Shown piece by piece: positions 27,775-38,692 of a DNA stretch of 64,000 nucleotides. The notes under the pieces were generated by a model. The model saw only the letters and a program-made list of their open reading frames with translations. It ran no database searches and was not told the origin of the DNA. The translations under genes and the position numbers were made by a program. Every line of letters begins with the position of its first letter. The stretch's first letter is position 1. The DNA comes from a bacterium (GTDB lineage Bacteria; UBP6; UBA1177; JAKLFG01), in the NCBI GenBank assembly GCA_022711315.1, contig JAKLFG010000003.1, positions 23,890 to 87,889 on the forward strand, read 5' to 3'.

Positions 27775-29507
27775 TAGTTACCTCCGCTCTTGCCGTAGTG
27801 GCCGGTCCCCTTCTCGACGCGGCTGATGGTCTTTTTCGGACATACCTCTATGCAGGAATTGCAACGCGTGCACACGGCGTTGTCGACGACGAACTCCTTG
27901 CTGATCGCGTGGACCGGACAGGTCTTGATGCACAGCCCGCACTTGATGCACTTGTCGAGATGTATCTTGACATCCGACAACTGGTTGCACTGGAGCGCCG
28001 GACATTTGTGGTCACGGGTATGCGCATCGTATTCGTGACGGAAATAGCGCAGGGTCGAGATGACCGGGTTGGGCGCCGTCTGACCGAGACCGCACAACGA
28101 CCCCTTGATGATCTTCGGGCCGAGGTCGGCGAGGAACGCGACATCCTCCTCGGTCCCCTTGCCGCCCGTGATCTTCTCGAGTTTTTCGAGCATCCGTTTG
28201 GTGCCGATGCGGCAGAAGGTGCATTTGCCGCACGACTCGCGCGCCGTGAACTCAAGGAAGTAACGGGCCGTCTCGACCATGCATCGATCGTTCCCGATGA
28301 CGATGAGCCCGCCGGATCCCATGATCGCGCCGAGACTTTTCAGCGAATCGTAATCGACCACCGCATCGAACTTATCGGCGGGGATACAACCGCCCGACGG
28401 ACCGCCGATCTGGACCGCCTTGACCGATCCCTTCTCGGCGCCGCCGACCTCATACACGATGTCGCCGATGGTGACGCCCATCGGGACCTCGGCGAGCCCC
28501 GGATACTTCACATCGCCGGCCAGCGCGAAGAGCTTGGTCCCCTTCGAACCCTGCGTGCCGACCGAGGCGAAGGCTTTGCCGCCCTCACGCAGGATGAGCG
28601 GCACATTGCCGAAGGTCTCAACATTGTTTATCGCCGTCGGATAGCCGTGGTAGCCGCTGTCGGTCGGGTACGGCGGACGGAAGCGCGGCGTGCCGCGTTT
28701 CCCTTCCAGCGAATTGATCATCGCCGTCTCCTCGCCGCAGACGAAGGCACCGGCCCCCTCTTTCAAGCGGAACTCGACCGTGCGCGTTCCCAGTTTATTA
28801 AGGCCGTGCTCGTATATCTGATCGATCGCGATCTTGAGGTTCCGTATCGCCAGCGGATATTCGGCGCGGCAGTAGATGAAGAGTTTAGTGGCACCGGTGG
28901 CCAGCGCCGCGATGAGCATGCCTTCCAGCACCTGATGCGGGACCGATTCCATCAGCGAACGGTCCATGAACGCCCCCGGATCGCCCTCGTCGGCGTTGCA
29001 GATAAGTATCTTCTCCTTCGCCTCCTTGGCGGCGAGGAACGACCACTTCATGCCGGTCGGGAAACCGCCGCCGCCCCGACCGCGCAGACCCGATATCTTC
29101 ACCTCTTCGACGATGTCGGCCGGCTTCATCGCGAGCGCTTTTTTAAGCCCTTCATAGCCGCCGTTCGCGAGATACTCGTCGATGGATGTCATGTCGATGC
29201 GACCGGCAAGCGCGAGCACCTTGATCTTCTCGCGCTCCGACCTCTGCGGCCGTATCACCAGCCGCCCCTCGTCCTTGAGTCCGAGGATGCGGTCGAGATG
29301 CTCCTTCTTGGGCAGGACCTTCCCATAGAACACCGATCCCTTGTCGGTCTCGACCTCGATAAGCGGCTCGGCGTAGCAATGACCGATGCATCCCACCTCG
29401 ACGATCGGGATATCCTTGACCTCTTTCCTGAAAAGGTCCACCACCTCGGTCGCCCCCGCCGCGATGCCGCAGGAACCGGCGCCGATCTTTATACGCGTTA
29501 TCTTCAT
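27774..29507 (-). CDS. NuoF-like NADH-binding FMN/4Fe-4S subunit with C-terminal 2x[4Fe-4S] ferredoxin
   Basis: 51-kDa subunit motif ...NADEGDPGAFMDRS.. C-terminal CIKCGLCIKTCP and CTRCNSCIEVCP. Confidence 0.85.
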   Translation of the reverse strand: MKITRIKIGAGSCGIAAGATEVVDLFRKEVKDIPIVEVGCIGHCYAEPLIEVETDKGSVFYGKVLPKKEHLDRILGLKDEGRLVIRPQRSEREKIKVLALAGRIDMTSIDEYLANGGYEGLKKALAMKPADIVEEVKISGLRGRGGGGFPTGMKWSFLAAKEAKEKILICNADEGDPGAFMDRSLMESVPHQVLEGMLIAALATGATKLFIYCRAEYPLAIRNLKIAIDQIYEHGLNKLGTRTVEFRLKEGAGAFVCGEETAMINSLEGKRGTPRFRPPYPTDSGYHGYPTAINNVETFGNVPLILREGGKAFASVGTQGSKGTKLFALAGDVKYPGLAEVPMGVTIGDIVYEVGGAEKGSVKAVQIGGPSGGCIPADKFDAVVDYDSLKSLGAIMGSGGLIVIGNDRCMVETARYFLEFTARESCGKCTFCRIGTKRMLEKLEKITGGKGTEEDVAFLADLGPKIIKGSLCGLGQTAPNPVISTLRYFRHEYDAHTRDHKCPALQCNQLSDVKIHLDKCIKCGLCIKTCPVHAISKEFVVDNAVCTRCNSCIEVCPKKTISRVEKGTGHYGKSGGN

Positions 29508-29965
29508 GCCGCGCCTCCCTTACGGTGGTCCTTGAGTATCTTGAGGAGACCTTTCCGGTCGAGGTTGCCGTACACCTTGCCGTTGATGCTGATGACCGGC
29601 GCAAGGCTGCAACATCCGAGGCACGCGACGATCTCGAGCGAGAAAAGTCCCTCGTTGTCGGTCTCGCCGCCCTTGATGCCGAGTTCGTCCGATATCCAGC
29701 CGATGACGAGCGATGCGCCCTTGATGTGGCAGGCGGTCCCGTCACAGACCGATATCTTGAACTTGCCGGGTTTGACCCGTTTGAACTGGGCATAGAAACT
29801 GACGACACCCTCGACCTCGACGACCGAGACGGTGAAATGCCGGGCGACCTCGGCAATCGCCTCGTTGGAGATGTAGCCTTCTTCTTCCTGGACCGCCTGC
29901 AACGCCTTTATCAGGTTGCTTCGGTCTGGTTCGATCTTCTTGAGCGACGCCGCTACGGTACTCAT
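29504..29965 (-). CDS. NuoE-like 2Fe-2S thioredoxin-fold ferredoxin subunit
   Basis: ISVCDGTACHIKG and CLGCCSLAPV cysteine pattern. Confidence 0.8.
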   Translation of the reverse strand: MSTVAASLKKIEPDRSNLIKALQAVQEEEGYISNEAIAEVARHFTVSVVEVEGVVSFYAQFKRVKPGKFKISVCDGTACHIKGASLVIGWISDELGIKGGETDNEGLFSLEIVACLGCCSLAPVISINGKVYGNLDRKGLLKILKDHRKGGAA

Positions 29966-30125
29966 GGGTCCTCCTTTGCTGTCAGGGTTTGCGCTGACAC
30001 TTCGCTCATCATTCAGACAATTCTAAACGAAAGTCAAGCGCAACGACATCAAAGCGACGGAATCTAACAAAACCCTAAAGGGGGCCGCCGCCCCGAAAAA
30101 AGCCCGCCCTATTTTCGGGCAATTT

Positions 30126-30153
30126 TTGACTTTTCTCCTTCCCCTAATATAAT
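30126..30153 (+). promoter_or_regulatory. sigma70-like promoter TTGACT-N16-TATAAT for dnaG-rpoD
   Basis: ttgact at 30126-30131 and tataat at 30148-30153. SD-like agagggg lies before the TTG start at 30187. Confidence 0.5.
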
Positions 30154-30186
30154 GCCACCGAATTTTTTTGCCCAGAGGGGTCCCTC

Positions 30187-32028
30187 TTGTCGTTCATTGA
30201 AGTGAATCGCATCATTGAGGACCGTGTAAGCATCGTTGAGGTGGTCAAGCGTTATGTCAAACTGCAGTCGTCGGGTCGCCGCCTCGTCGGGCTTTGCCCG
30301 TTCCACAAGGAGAAGACCCCTTCGTTCAGCGTCAATGAGGAGAAACAGTTCTATCACTGTTTCGGCTGCGGCGCCCACGGCAATGCCCTTACCTTCGTCA
30401 TGAACATCGAGCACCTTTCTTTTCCCGAGGCGGTCCGTAAACTCGGCAACGAGTTCGGCATCCGTGAACTGTTGCAGGAACGGAACGACCCCTCGAACGA
30501 TCAGGCGGAGCAGGACCACCGCCAGATAACCGCGGCCAACCGCGCCGCCGCGCTATTCTTCCACCACAAACTGAACGAGACGCCCGCCGCCCTCGCCTAC
30601 CTGCATGAACGAGGCATCTCGCTGGAGACCATCCGGCGGTTCGGCATCGGCTGGATCGGCAACGGCGATGAACTCCTCACTCACCTGCGAGCCGCCGCCG
30701 TGTCGCCGAAGATACTTGAAAAAAGCGGATTGGCCCGGCTCGACGGCTCCGGCCGACTTCGCTCGTTCTTCCACGACCGCATCATGATACCGGTGATCAA
30801 CCTGCGGCGACAGGTCATCGGCTTCGGCGGTCGCATCATCGGCCCCGGCGAACCGAAATACCTCAACACCGCCGAAACGCCGGTGTTCCTCAAACGGGCG
30901 AGTCTCTTCGGCGCGAACCTCATCCGCGACGGGCTCCGCGACCATCGCTACATCATCCTCACGGAAGGATACTTCGATGTCATGGCGCTTCATGCCCACG
31001 GCTTCACCACCGCGGTCGCGGCGCTCGGCACCGCCATCGGCACGGAGCACCTGAAACTGCTCGAACGGTTCGGCGTCCCGGTCGTCATGCTGCTCGACGG
31101 TGACGCCGCGGGACGCAAGGCGATGCGGCGGGTGCTCGAACTGGAACTGCCCGAGAAACTCGACCTGCGCGCCGCCTTCATTGAAAGCCCGGACGGCAAG
31201 GAGGACCCTGACTCCCTCGTCCGCGGTCCGAACGGACCTTCCCGCATCGAACAACTCGTCAGCCGTGCCGAAGGCATCACCCAGCATTACCTCAGCGACC
31301 TCGCCGAACAGGCGCTCCGCGACCCGAACCTCCCCCAGCGGGACCTCGCGAAAGAGGAGATGGCGCGGCTCGTGCTCCGCTACCCGGCCTATCGCCGCGG
31401 CGATCACCTGAACTATATCGAGGAACTTCCCCGGCGCATCCGCACTGTCAGCCCCGACGATGCGAAGAAACTGCGCAAGGAGACAGAGGCGCAGATGCGC
31501 GAACTCCTGAAACGGGAAAAAGGACGGCCCGGCGCCACACGACAGTCCTCCCCTGAAATGTCGACGGACCGCTCGGCAGCCCGTCTGAAGCCGATATCCG
31601 CTCACGCCGTCTTTCAGGACCTTCTCCTGCTCGCCGCGACCCACCCGACGCTGATACCGGCGCTCGACGATCCGGTACTCGACCGGTACGACCGCGCCGA
31701 TATTCGCCGCGCCCTCCTCGATGCCTATGACGCGGGCGAAGGGGACGCGGTCTACCACCGCATCATCGGAAAGGTCACCGAAGACGAACGCGCACCGGGC
31801 GCTCCGGCGCCGCTCGAGGCGGACGCCGCCGAGATGAGGTTCCGGTCCCTGCTGTCACAGATACATATCGCCGCCATAGACGAGACGCTCCGCGATCTTG
31901 CGGGCACATCCCATCCCACCCCCGAGGAGATAGCGGAGATACAGCGCCTCCGCACCGAAAAGAAACAGTGGTCCGATGCTCTCATAGGGGTCAGATCAAG
32001 CACCGATGTGAGGAGAACGCATGCCTAA
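30187..32028 (+). CDS. dnaG: DNA primase
   Basis: CHC2 zinc finger [25 protein letters not shown] and a TOPRIM region. TTG start. Confidence 0.9.
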   Translation: MSFIEVNRIIEDRVSIVEVVKRYVKLQSSGRRLVGLCPFHKEKTPSFSVNEEKQFYHCFGCGAHGNALTFVMNIEHLSFPEAVRKLGNEFGIRELLQERNDPSNDQAEQDHRQITAANRAAALFFHHKLNETPAALAYLHERGISLETIRRFGIGWIGNGDELLTHLRAAAVSPKILEKSGLARLDGSGRLRSFFHDRIMIPVINLRRQVIGFGGRIIGPGEPKYLNTAETPVFLKRASLFGANLIRDGLRDHRYIILTEGYFDVMALHAHGFTTAVAALGTAIGTEHLKLLERFGVPVVMLLDGDAAGRKAMRRVLELELPEKLDLRAAFIESPDGKEDPDSLVRGPNGPSRIEQLVSRAEGITQHYLSDLAEQALRDPNLPQRDLAKEEMARLVLRYPAYRRGDHLNYIEELPRRIRTVSPDDAKKLRKETEAQMRELLKREKGRPGATRQSSPEMSTDRSAARLKPISAHAVFQDLLLLAATHPTLIPALDDPVLDRYDRADIRRALLDAYDAGEGDAVYHRIIGKVTEDERAPGAPAPLEADAAEMRFRSLLSQIHIAAIDETLRDLAGTSHPTPEEIAEIQRLRTEKKQWSDALIGVRSSTDVRRTHA

Positions 32029-34066
32029 AAGAAGAGAACTCTCATTCCTGAAGAAAAGAAAGCAGATGCGGGATCGCTTGCGTGCGCTTTCGTCGACCCC
32101 TCAGGCCATCGCGATCAGCGAGTATCGCCAGCGGATCATTCAGGCCATCAGGATGGCCGGCGGCACCGAGGCGAGTAGCGACCATCTCATCAGCATTCTC
32201 GACGATATCCTGCGTAGCAAGAGCGAGATCACCGTCGAAGAGATAGATGCCTTGTTCCCCGAGAACGCCGATTTCTCGGTGGACGACATGGAACTCCTCT
32301 TCAATGTGCTCGACGAGTTCAAGATACCGGTCATCTCGGAGAAGATAGACGAAGAATCGTTCCCCACCGACCTGCCGATAATCCGAAAACCCCACATTCC
32401 GCAGGATCGCGGCCGCAAGGACCCCCTCCGGATGTACATGCTCACCATCGGTTCGGTGCCCCTGCTGACCAAGGAAGGCGAGGTCGCCATCGCGCAACGC
32501 ATAGAGGAGGGCGAAAAGGATATCATACGGACCCTGCTTTCCGTATTCATCTCGTTCAAGGAGATCATCTCCATACCCGACCGGATACTCAACGAGCAAC
32601 TCTCCCTCAAGGAGGTCGTCCGCGAGGCGGACGAGGAACTGGCCGACGAGGAGGATGAGCGGGAGGAGGTCGTTGAGCCCGCCGAGGATGACGAGGACGA
32701 GGAACTGAAGGAACTGAGTGAAGGGAAGATCGGGGAGATACCCGACGAGGACGACGAGGAGGACGACGAGGACGAGGAGACGGAGGAAAAGCCGGCCCCC
32801 GCCGCGACGGCCCCCGCGAAAGAGCCCGAGCCGGAAAAAGACCCCGCGCTCGAGCGTCAGCGCCAGATCATCGAGACCCTCTCCCGTCACATCGACCGGC
32901 TCAAACAACTCAACCGTGAACGCGAACGGATGCTCAAGCAGACGCTGTCGGCCCGTACGCGGAAGATGAAGGACCGGCTCGCCGACGACCGGCTTGACCA
33001 GATGGTCGCCGTCGTCCTCGACATGCGACTCAATAAGAACTATCTCAAAACGCTCGGCGACCGCATCCGCATGTATCGCGACAAGGTCGATCAACTCGAC
33101 CGGAGCATCGCCCAGATCGAGCGCTCGCTCAACATGGGGTTCGCCCAGATGAACGAGATCATCTCGCGACCTCAGCGGTTCTCCGTCATGGACAAACGGA
33201 ACCTGCAGCAGATACGCGAGAAATACACGCTCATCGTCCAGACCAAGCGCAGCATAAAGAAACTCGAGGCCGAAACGGGGCTGTCGGCAAAGGACCTCAA
33301 GGCCTGCGCCGACCAACTCTACCACGCAGAAGAATCGGTCCGACTCGCGAAGAACGAACTGATACAGGCCAACCTGCGGCTCGTCGTTTCCATCGCGAAG
33401 AAGTACAACAACCGCGGGCTCGACTTCAAGGACATCATCGCCGAGGGCAACATCGGGCTCATCAAGGCGGTCGACAAGTTCGAATACAGCCGCGGCTATA
33501 AATTCTCGACCTACGCGACCTGGTGGATACGCCAGTCGATAACGCGCGCCATCGCCGATCAAGGCCGGACCATCCGCATACCGGTCCACATGATCGAGAT
33601 GATGAACAAGATAAACAAGACCATCAAGGAACTGACCAACAAGAACGGCTATGAGCCGGGCATCGCCGATGTCGCCAAGGCGATGAACATACCGGAGGAG
33701 AAGATCCGCAAGGTGTGGCGCTCGGCGCGCGAGACGATATCGCTCGAAACGCCCATCGGCGAAGACGAGGACAGCCAACTGCAGGATTTCGTCGAGGACC
33801 CGAAGACCATGGGGCCCGAGGAATACGCCGCGAAGCAGAACATGGCCGAGATCATCCGCGACCTCTTCGACGGACTCACCCCGCGCGAGGAGAAGGTCAT
33901 CCGCATGCGTTTCGGCGTCGGCGAGACCGAGACCTACACGCTCGAGGAGATCGGCAAGGACATGGGCGTCACCCGCGAACGCATCCGCCAGATCGAGGCG
34001 AAGGCGGTCATGAAACTCCGCAAGATGCTCAAGCAGAAACGGACCAGTTGGGAAGATTTCTCGTAA
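32021..34066 (+). CDS. rpoD: RNA polymerase sigma-70 factor RpoD
   Basis: [24 protein letters not shown] (region 2) and [20 protein letters not shown] (region 4). Acidic insert in region 1. Overlaps dnaG by 8 nt. Confidence 0.95.
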   Translation: MPKRRELSFLKKRKQMRDRLRALSSTPQAIAISEYRQRIIQAIRMAGGTEASSDHLISILDDILRSKSEITVEEIDALFPENADFSVDDMELLFNVLDEFKIPVISEKIDEESFPTDLPIIRKPHIPQDRGRKDPLRMYMLTIGSVPLLTKEGEVAIAQRIEEGEKDIIRTLLSVFISFKEIISIPDRILNEQLSLKEVVREADEELADEEDEREEVVEPAEDDEDEELKELSEGKIGEIPDEDDEEDDEDEETEEKPAPAATAPAKEPEPEKDPALERQRQIIETLSRHIDRLKQLNRERERMLKQTLSARTRKMKDRLADDRLDQMVAVVLDMRLNKNYLKTLGDRIRMYRDKVDQLDRSIAQIERSLNMGFAQMNEIISRPQRFSVMDKRNLQQIREKYTLIVQTKRSIKKLEAETGLSAKDLKACADQLYHAEESVRLAKNELIQANLRLVVSIAKKYNNRGLDFKDIIAEGNIGLIKAVDKFEYSRGYKFSTYATWWIRQSITRAIADQGRTIRIPVHMIEMMNKINKTIKELTNKNGYEPGIADVAKAMNIPEEKIRKVWRSARETISLETPIGEDEDSQLQDFVEDPKTMGPEEYAAKQNMAEIIRDLFDGLTPREEKVIRMRFGVGETETYTLEEIGKDMGVTRERIRQIEAKAVMKLRKMLKQKRTSWEDFS

Positions 34067-34076
34067 GAGGGACCGA

Positions 34077-34799
34077 GTGATGGAAAAGAAACTGGTCACG
34101 ATAGTCATTCCGGTCTACAACGAAGAACAGATACTCGAACAGGCGGTCACCGGGCTCTACGCCGAACTGGAAAAGTACCGCGCCGACTTCGACTTCGAAC
34201 TGATACTGGCCGAGAACGGCTCGAAGGACAACACCATCGCCAAAGGTCAGGAGATCGCCAAGCGGTTCCCCGGCATGTCGATATTCCACCACCCTGAACC
34301 CGACTACGGCAACGCCCTCAAGGCGGGCATCCGCCGCGCCAAGGGGGAGATCATCGTCTGCGACGAGATAGACCTCTGCCTTCCCGAATTTTACGAGAAG
34401 GCGCTCGCCGTCTTCAAGGCCAACGGCGCGCAGATGATCGTCGGCTCCAAGGCGATGAAGGGGGCCAAGGACGAACGCCCCTTCAAGCGCAAACTCGCCA
34501 CCTTCGTGCTGAACCTCCTCCTCAAGATCATCCTCGGCTTCAAGGGGACCGACACCCACGGCGTCAAGGCGTTTCTCAAAGCACCGCTCATGCCGGTGCT
34601 CGACACATGCCTCGTCGGCAAGGACATCTTCGCCAGCGAATTCGTGATACGCGCCGAGCGGGCCGGCATCGACATCCGCGAGATACCGATATCGCTCGAC
34701 GAAAAACGGGCTCCTTCCATACGGCTCCTCAAACGGGTCCCCCGCGTCATCTCCAACCTCGCCTACCTCTTCTGGGCCATCCGGATAAAGAAAATATAA
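34077..34799 (+). CDS. GT2 glycosyltransferase (polyprenol-phosphate sugar transferase, DPM1/ArnC-like)
   Basis: IVIPVYNEE..., DxD-type catalytic region. Confidence 0.7.
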   Translation: MMEKKLVTIVIPVYNEEQILEQAVTGLYAELEKYRADFDFELILAENGSKDNTIAKGQEIAKRFPGMSIFHHPEPDYGNALKAGIRRAKGEIIVCDEIDLCLPEFYEKALAVFKANGAQMIVGSKAMKGAKDERPFKRKLATFVLNLLLKIILGFKGTDTHGVKAFLKAPLMPVLDTCLVGKDIFASEFVIRAERAGIDIREIPISLDEKRAPSIRLLKRVPRVISNLAYLFWAIRIKKI

Positions 34800-34803
34800 C
34801 GCG

Positions 34804-35700
34804 ATGAACAATACCGTCTGCTTCACGGTCGATCTCGACCCCACCCCCGCCTACTATGCCATCCATGGCCTCTCATGGAACGGCGGCACCGACCCGATAC
34901 TGAAAAGCGGCCTCCGGCGGCTCATCGATCTGTTGAAGGAGGAAGGTGTCCCGGCGACGCTCTTCGTCACCGGCGGCACGCTCGGTCCCGATGAATGGGC
35001 CCTCCTGCGCGAGGCGGTCGAAGCGGGCTGTGAACTGGCCGACCATAGTTTCTCGCACGATTACCGTCTGTCGCTCCGGCCGCAGGAGGATATCGTGACC
35101 GATCTTAAACGGAACGCGTTCGCCCTCCGCGAGAATACCGGCACGACCCCGCGCGGCTTCCGCGCCCCCGGCTACAACACCTCGCCGGCGATGCTCGCCG
35201 CGTTGCGCGAGATGGGCTACCGCTACGATGCGTCGCGGCTCCCCTCCCCTTTCTACCACACCGCCAAGCAGCTCCTCATCTGGCTTAAACGGCTCGCGGG
35301 GAAACGCTCGGCATCTTTCGTCGGGTCTTTCGGCGGAGGATGCGGCCCGCAGGAACCGTTCATGCTCGAAGGCGGCCTCGTCGAGCTGCCGATAACCACC
35401 CTGTTCCCGCCGGTCGGCCTGCCGCTCATCGGCACGGCGCTCATCGCCTTCCCGGCGCCGATCGCCCATCTCATGGTCTCCCGCGCCCTGAAACGGGATA
35501 TCGCTCACATCGAGATGCACGCGATAGACTTCGCCGAGACCGCCGATGGTCCGGCGCTCGAGCCCCTGCGCGGCAGACAGCCCGATCTCGCCTACGGCAT
35601 CGAACGGAAGATCAAACGGACACGGGCCGCCATCCGGCGCTTCAAGGAACGCGGCTTCACCTTTGAGACCCTCGGCTCCGTCGCCGACCGTACCGCATGA
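34804..35700 (+). CDS. NodB-fold polysaccharide deacetylase/deformylase (ArnD-like)
   Basis: TLFVTGG...DHSFSHD motifs. Protein is 298 aa. Confidence 0.65.
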   Translation: MNNTVCFTVDLDPTPAYYAIHGLSWNGGTDPILKSGLRRLIDLLKEEGVPATLFVTGGTLGPDEWALLREAVEAGCELADHSFSHDYRLSLRPQEDIVTDLKRNAFALRENTGTTPRGFRAPGYNTSPAMLAALREMGYRYDASRLPSPFYHTAKQLLIWLKRLAGKRSASFVGSFGGGCGPQEPFMLEGGLVELPITTLFPPVGLPLIGTALIAFPAPIAHLMVSRALKRDIAHIEMHAIDFAETADGPALEPLRGRQPDLAYGIERKIKRTRAAIRRFKERGFTFETLGSVADRTA

Positions 35701-36941
35701 ACATCTCGTTCCTCGAGGATCTCTACAAGCGGCGCGGCGGCATCAAACTGGGGCTCGGCCGCGTCGCCGATGCGTTCCCCGTCGTCAAACGGCGCGAGAT
35801 ACCGGTCTACCATGTCGCCGGGACCAACGGCAAAGGGACCGCCGTCCACGCCATCGATCATCTCCTCCGCGGCGCGGGCCTGCGGACCGGGTGTTTCGTG
35901 TCGCCCCACATCACCGATTTCAACGAACGGATACTGGTCGACGGACAGCGGATACCCGACGCGGTGGTCGAGCGGATATTCCACGAACTCGAACGGGAGA
36001 TCCCGATATTCCCCGAACTTTCCTTCTTCGAGGTGACCTTTCTCCTCGCATGGCGCTGGTGGGAGGAAGAACGCGTCGAACGGGCGGTGGTCGAGGTCGG
36101 GCTCGGCGGACGACTCGACGCGACGAGCATCATCGACTGGCCCAAGACCGACATCATCACCTCGATAGGGCTCGATCATACCCAGATACTCGGACGGACC
36201 GCCGAAGAGATAGCGACCGAAAAACTCGGTATCGTCCACGAGGGGGACCTGCTCCTGCTCGGACCGACCATCCCCGACGATCTCGCCGGTCGGATGGAGC
36301 GCGACGCACTTGCCGCGGGCGCCAGATTGGTCGAACGGGTACCCTTCACGCCACCCGACCGGTTCATACCGCCGTCGCGAGCATCACTCTCGGCTGAACA
36401 GAGGGCCAATCTCTGCCTCGCCCATCGCGCGGTCACGCTGGCCGAGGGACTCGAGATCGCTCCTGATCTCTCGGACCTTGCCATACCGGGCCGGTTCCAG
36501 CGGCTCCACGACCGCATCATCCTCGATGTGGCCCACAACCCCCCCGCCATCGAGGCGCTCGTACGACACCTTGCCGCCCAACATCTTCGTCCCCACCTGC
36601 TGTTCGGCGCCATGAAGGACAAGGACATCGGTGCAATGCTCGATCTCCTCGCCCCGGCGGTGCGCGACATCCGCATCGTGGGACTCGACGAGGGCAATGA
36701 ACGCGGCGCATCGGCGGCAGAGATAGCGGACCGCGTCACCCCCGCCCTCCGGGAACGACTGCTTCTCGGATCCGACGCCCATGCGGCCATGAACGCGGCG
36801 CTCGAAGGCCTTCGCGCGAGCGGCTCGACACTGCTCGTCACCGGCAGTTTCTTCCTGCTGGAACGCTTCCTCCGGTTCCTCGCCACACCTCCCGCGCGCG
36901 CTATCCTTAAAGATTTGCAATCGCCCGCCGCCGGTGTATAG
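35697..36941 (+). CDS. folC: Folylpolyglutamate synthase/dihydrofolate synthase
   Basis: Mur-ligase P-loop VYHVAGTNGKGT. Protein is 414 aa. Confidence 0.8.
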   Translation: MNISFLEDLYKRRGGIKLGLGRVADAFPVVKRREIPVYHVAGTNGKGTAVHAIDHLLRGAGLRTGCFVSPHITDFNERILVDGQRIPDAVVERIFHELEREIPIFPELSFFEVTFLLAWRWWEEERVERAVVEVGLGGRLDATSIIDWPKTDIITSIGLDHTQILGRTAEEIATEKLGIVHEGDLLLLGPTIPDDLAGRMERDALAAGARLVERVPFTPPDRFIPPSRASLSAEQRANLCLAHRAVTLAEGLEIAPDLSDLAIPGRFQRLHDRIILDVAHNPPAIEALVRHLAAQHLRPHLLFGAMKDKDIGAMLDLLAPAVRDIRIVGLDEGNERGASAAEIADRVTPALRERLLLGSDAHAAMNAALEGLRASGSTLLVTGSFFLLERFLRFLATPPARAILKDLQSPAAGV

Positions 36942-36974
36942 AATGGGCCATTCCCCGGTCCACAGGAGCGCGCG

Positions 36975-38612
36975 GTGAAGATACGGTCCATCCTCTTACG
37001 GAATTTTCTTATCATACAGAAGGCCGACCTTTCCCTCGACGACGGACTGACCGCCGTCACCGGCGAGACCGGGAGCGGCAAAAGTCTTTTCGTCGAGGCC
37101 GTGAAACTCCTGCTCGGCGGCAAGGCCCACAAGGGGCTCACCGGCCCGTGGGGCAAGACCGGGGAGGTCGCGGCGATCATCGAGGTGGAGCCGTGCGATC
37201 GTTGCTTGCGTGAAGACCTCGACACGCTCGGCATCGAACCGGAAGAGGATCGGGCCATTACCATGCGCCGCGTCATCGGCGAGAAAAGCCTTCTCTATCT
37301 GAACGGCAGCCCCGTGGCGGCGCAGGACCTCCAACGACTCTTTGCCGACCGGATGGAGATATCTTCACAGTTCGAGAACCGCGAACTGTTCAAGCCGGAG
37401 TACCAGTTATCGGTCCTCGACGCGGTCGCACTGACGGAAGAACTGGAAGAGGCCTATGCCGTCCGGTGGAGGGAACTGCGCTCGATAACCGACGAAATGG
37501 AAGGCCTGCGCAGGCAGGACGATCCGGCCCGCCGCGATTACCTCGAGTTCCAGATACGGGAGATAGAAGAGTTCCGTCCGCAGGCAGGAGAAGAGGAACG
37601 GCTGAAACAGCGGCTGTCGCTGCTCGATAACCGCAAGAAGATAGAGGAACTCATCGCCAAGAGCGACGAGGGTCTTCATGCCGCGGTGTCGGCGCTCAAC
37701 CCGACCGAACGGGCGCTCGCCGATCTTTCGCGGATCGCCGACCTCGGCGACCTGCCGGCGCGTGCCTCGTCGGCGCTCATCGAGTGCCGCGACCTGCAGC
37801 GCACCCTTGCGGCCTTTTCGGGACGCATGGACCCTGACGAGAGCAACGATGACGACCTCCGGGAACGGTATGATCGTCTGAACCGTCTGCTCATGAAGCA
37901 CGGCGTGAAGGATGCGATCGCCCTCATCGAGCGGCACGACGAGATGAAAAAAGAACTGACGGAACTCTCCCGCGCCCCGGAGCGCATCGACGAACTGGAC
38001 CGGCGGCGGCGCAAGGTCCGCGACGAGGCGGAAAAGACGGCGCTGAAGATGCGCAAAGAGCGTCAAAAGGCGATAGCGCCGCTCGAAAAGAGATTGACCG
38101 ACCACCTGCTCCGTTTCGGCATGGATCGTGTCGTCTTCAAACTGGATCTCGCGCCCAGCGACGATCTCTGCCCCGCCGGGCTCGACACGCTCCGGTTCCT
38201 CATCAACACCATCGGTTCGGGCGACCTGTACGGCATCAAGAACCTTTCGGGCGGCGAACTTTCACGCCTTCTGCTCGCCCTCAAACTGGTCGACAACGAC
38301 TCGGGACGGTTCATCCTCTTCGACGAGATAGACGCGAACATCGGCGGCGAGGTCGCCGCGAGGGCTGCCGAAGAACTCAAAAAGAATTCCCTGAGCAACC
38401 AGATACTCGTGGTCACCCATTTCCCACAGACCGCGGCGCGGGCCGGCGCCCATCTGGTCGTCGAGAAATCGACCTTCGGCGCGGCGATGGAATCATCGAT
38501 ACGCCCCGTCGCGGGCGACGAGCGGGTCCGTGAACTCGCCCGGATGATGGGCGATTCATCGTCCAAGGAGAACCTGACGGCGGCCCGGAAACTGCTCCGC
38601 GCCACGCACTGA
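36975..38612 (+). CDS. recN: DNA repair protein RecN
   Basis: N-terminal Walker A region ...LTAVTGETGSGKSLFVEAVKLLLG. C-terminal motif ILFDEIDANIGG. Confidence 0.9.
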   Translation: MKIRSILLRNFLIIQKADLSLDDGLTAVTGETGSGKSLFVEAVKLLLGGKAHKGLTGPWGKTGEVAAIIEVEPCDRCLREDLDTLGIEPEEDRAITMRRVIGEKSLLYLNGSPVAAQDLQRLFADRMEISSQFENRELFKPEYQLSVLDAVALTEELEEAYAVRWRELRSITDEMEGLRRQDDPARRDYLEFQIREIEEFRPQAGEEERLKQRLSLLDNRKKIEELIAKSDEGLHAAVSALNPTERALADLSRIADLGDLPARASSALIECRDLQRTLAAFSGRMDPDESNDDDLRERYDRLNRLLMKHGVKDAIALIERHDEMKKELTELSRAPERIDELDRRRRKVRDEAEKTALKMRKERQKAIAPLEKRLTDHLLRFGMDRVVFKLDLAPSDDLCPAGLDTLRFLINTIGSGDLYGIKNLSGGELSRLLLALKLVDNDSGRFILFDEIDANIGGEVAARAAEELKKNSLSNQILVVTHFPQTAARAGAHLVVEKSTFGAAMESSIRPVAGDERVRELARMMGDSSSKENLTAARKLLRATH

Positions 38613-38692
38613 TATAATGTTGAAAAAAGGGGCGGGGCGTGCTAGCATAGTGCCCTGACCGCGAGAGTCCCCTTAGGCCGCAAGGAGGCGAC

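Noticed and set aside
30081-30120. GC hairpins (ggggccgccgcccc; gcccgccctattttcgggc plus T-run) in the divergent promoter region between the NuoE-like gene and dnaG, as possible terminators or attenuators
   Set aside because: No upstream gene on either strand would terminate here. The U-run orientation does not fit a functional intrinsic terminator for the adjacent genes. Likely incidental, or part of promoter architecture.
38613-38692. Possible riboswitch in the guaA leader (palindromic gctagc-containing GC hairpin)
   Set aside because: The leader is only about 80 nt, too short for purine or other known riboswitch aptamers, and lacks their conserved cores.
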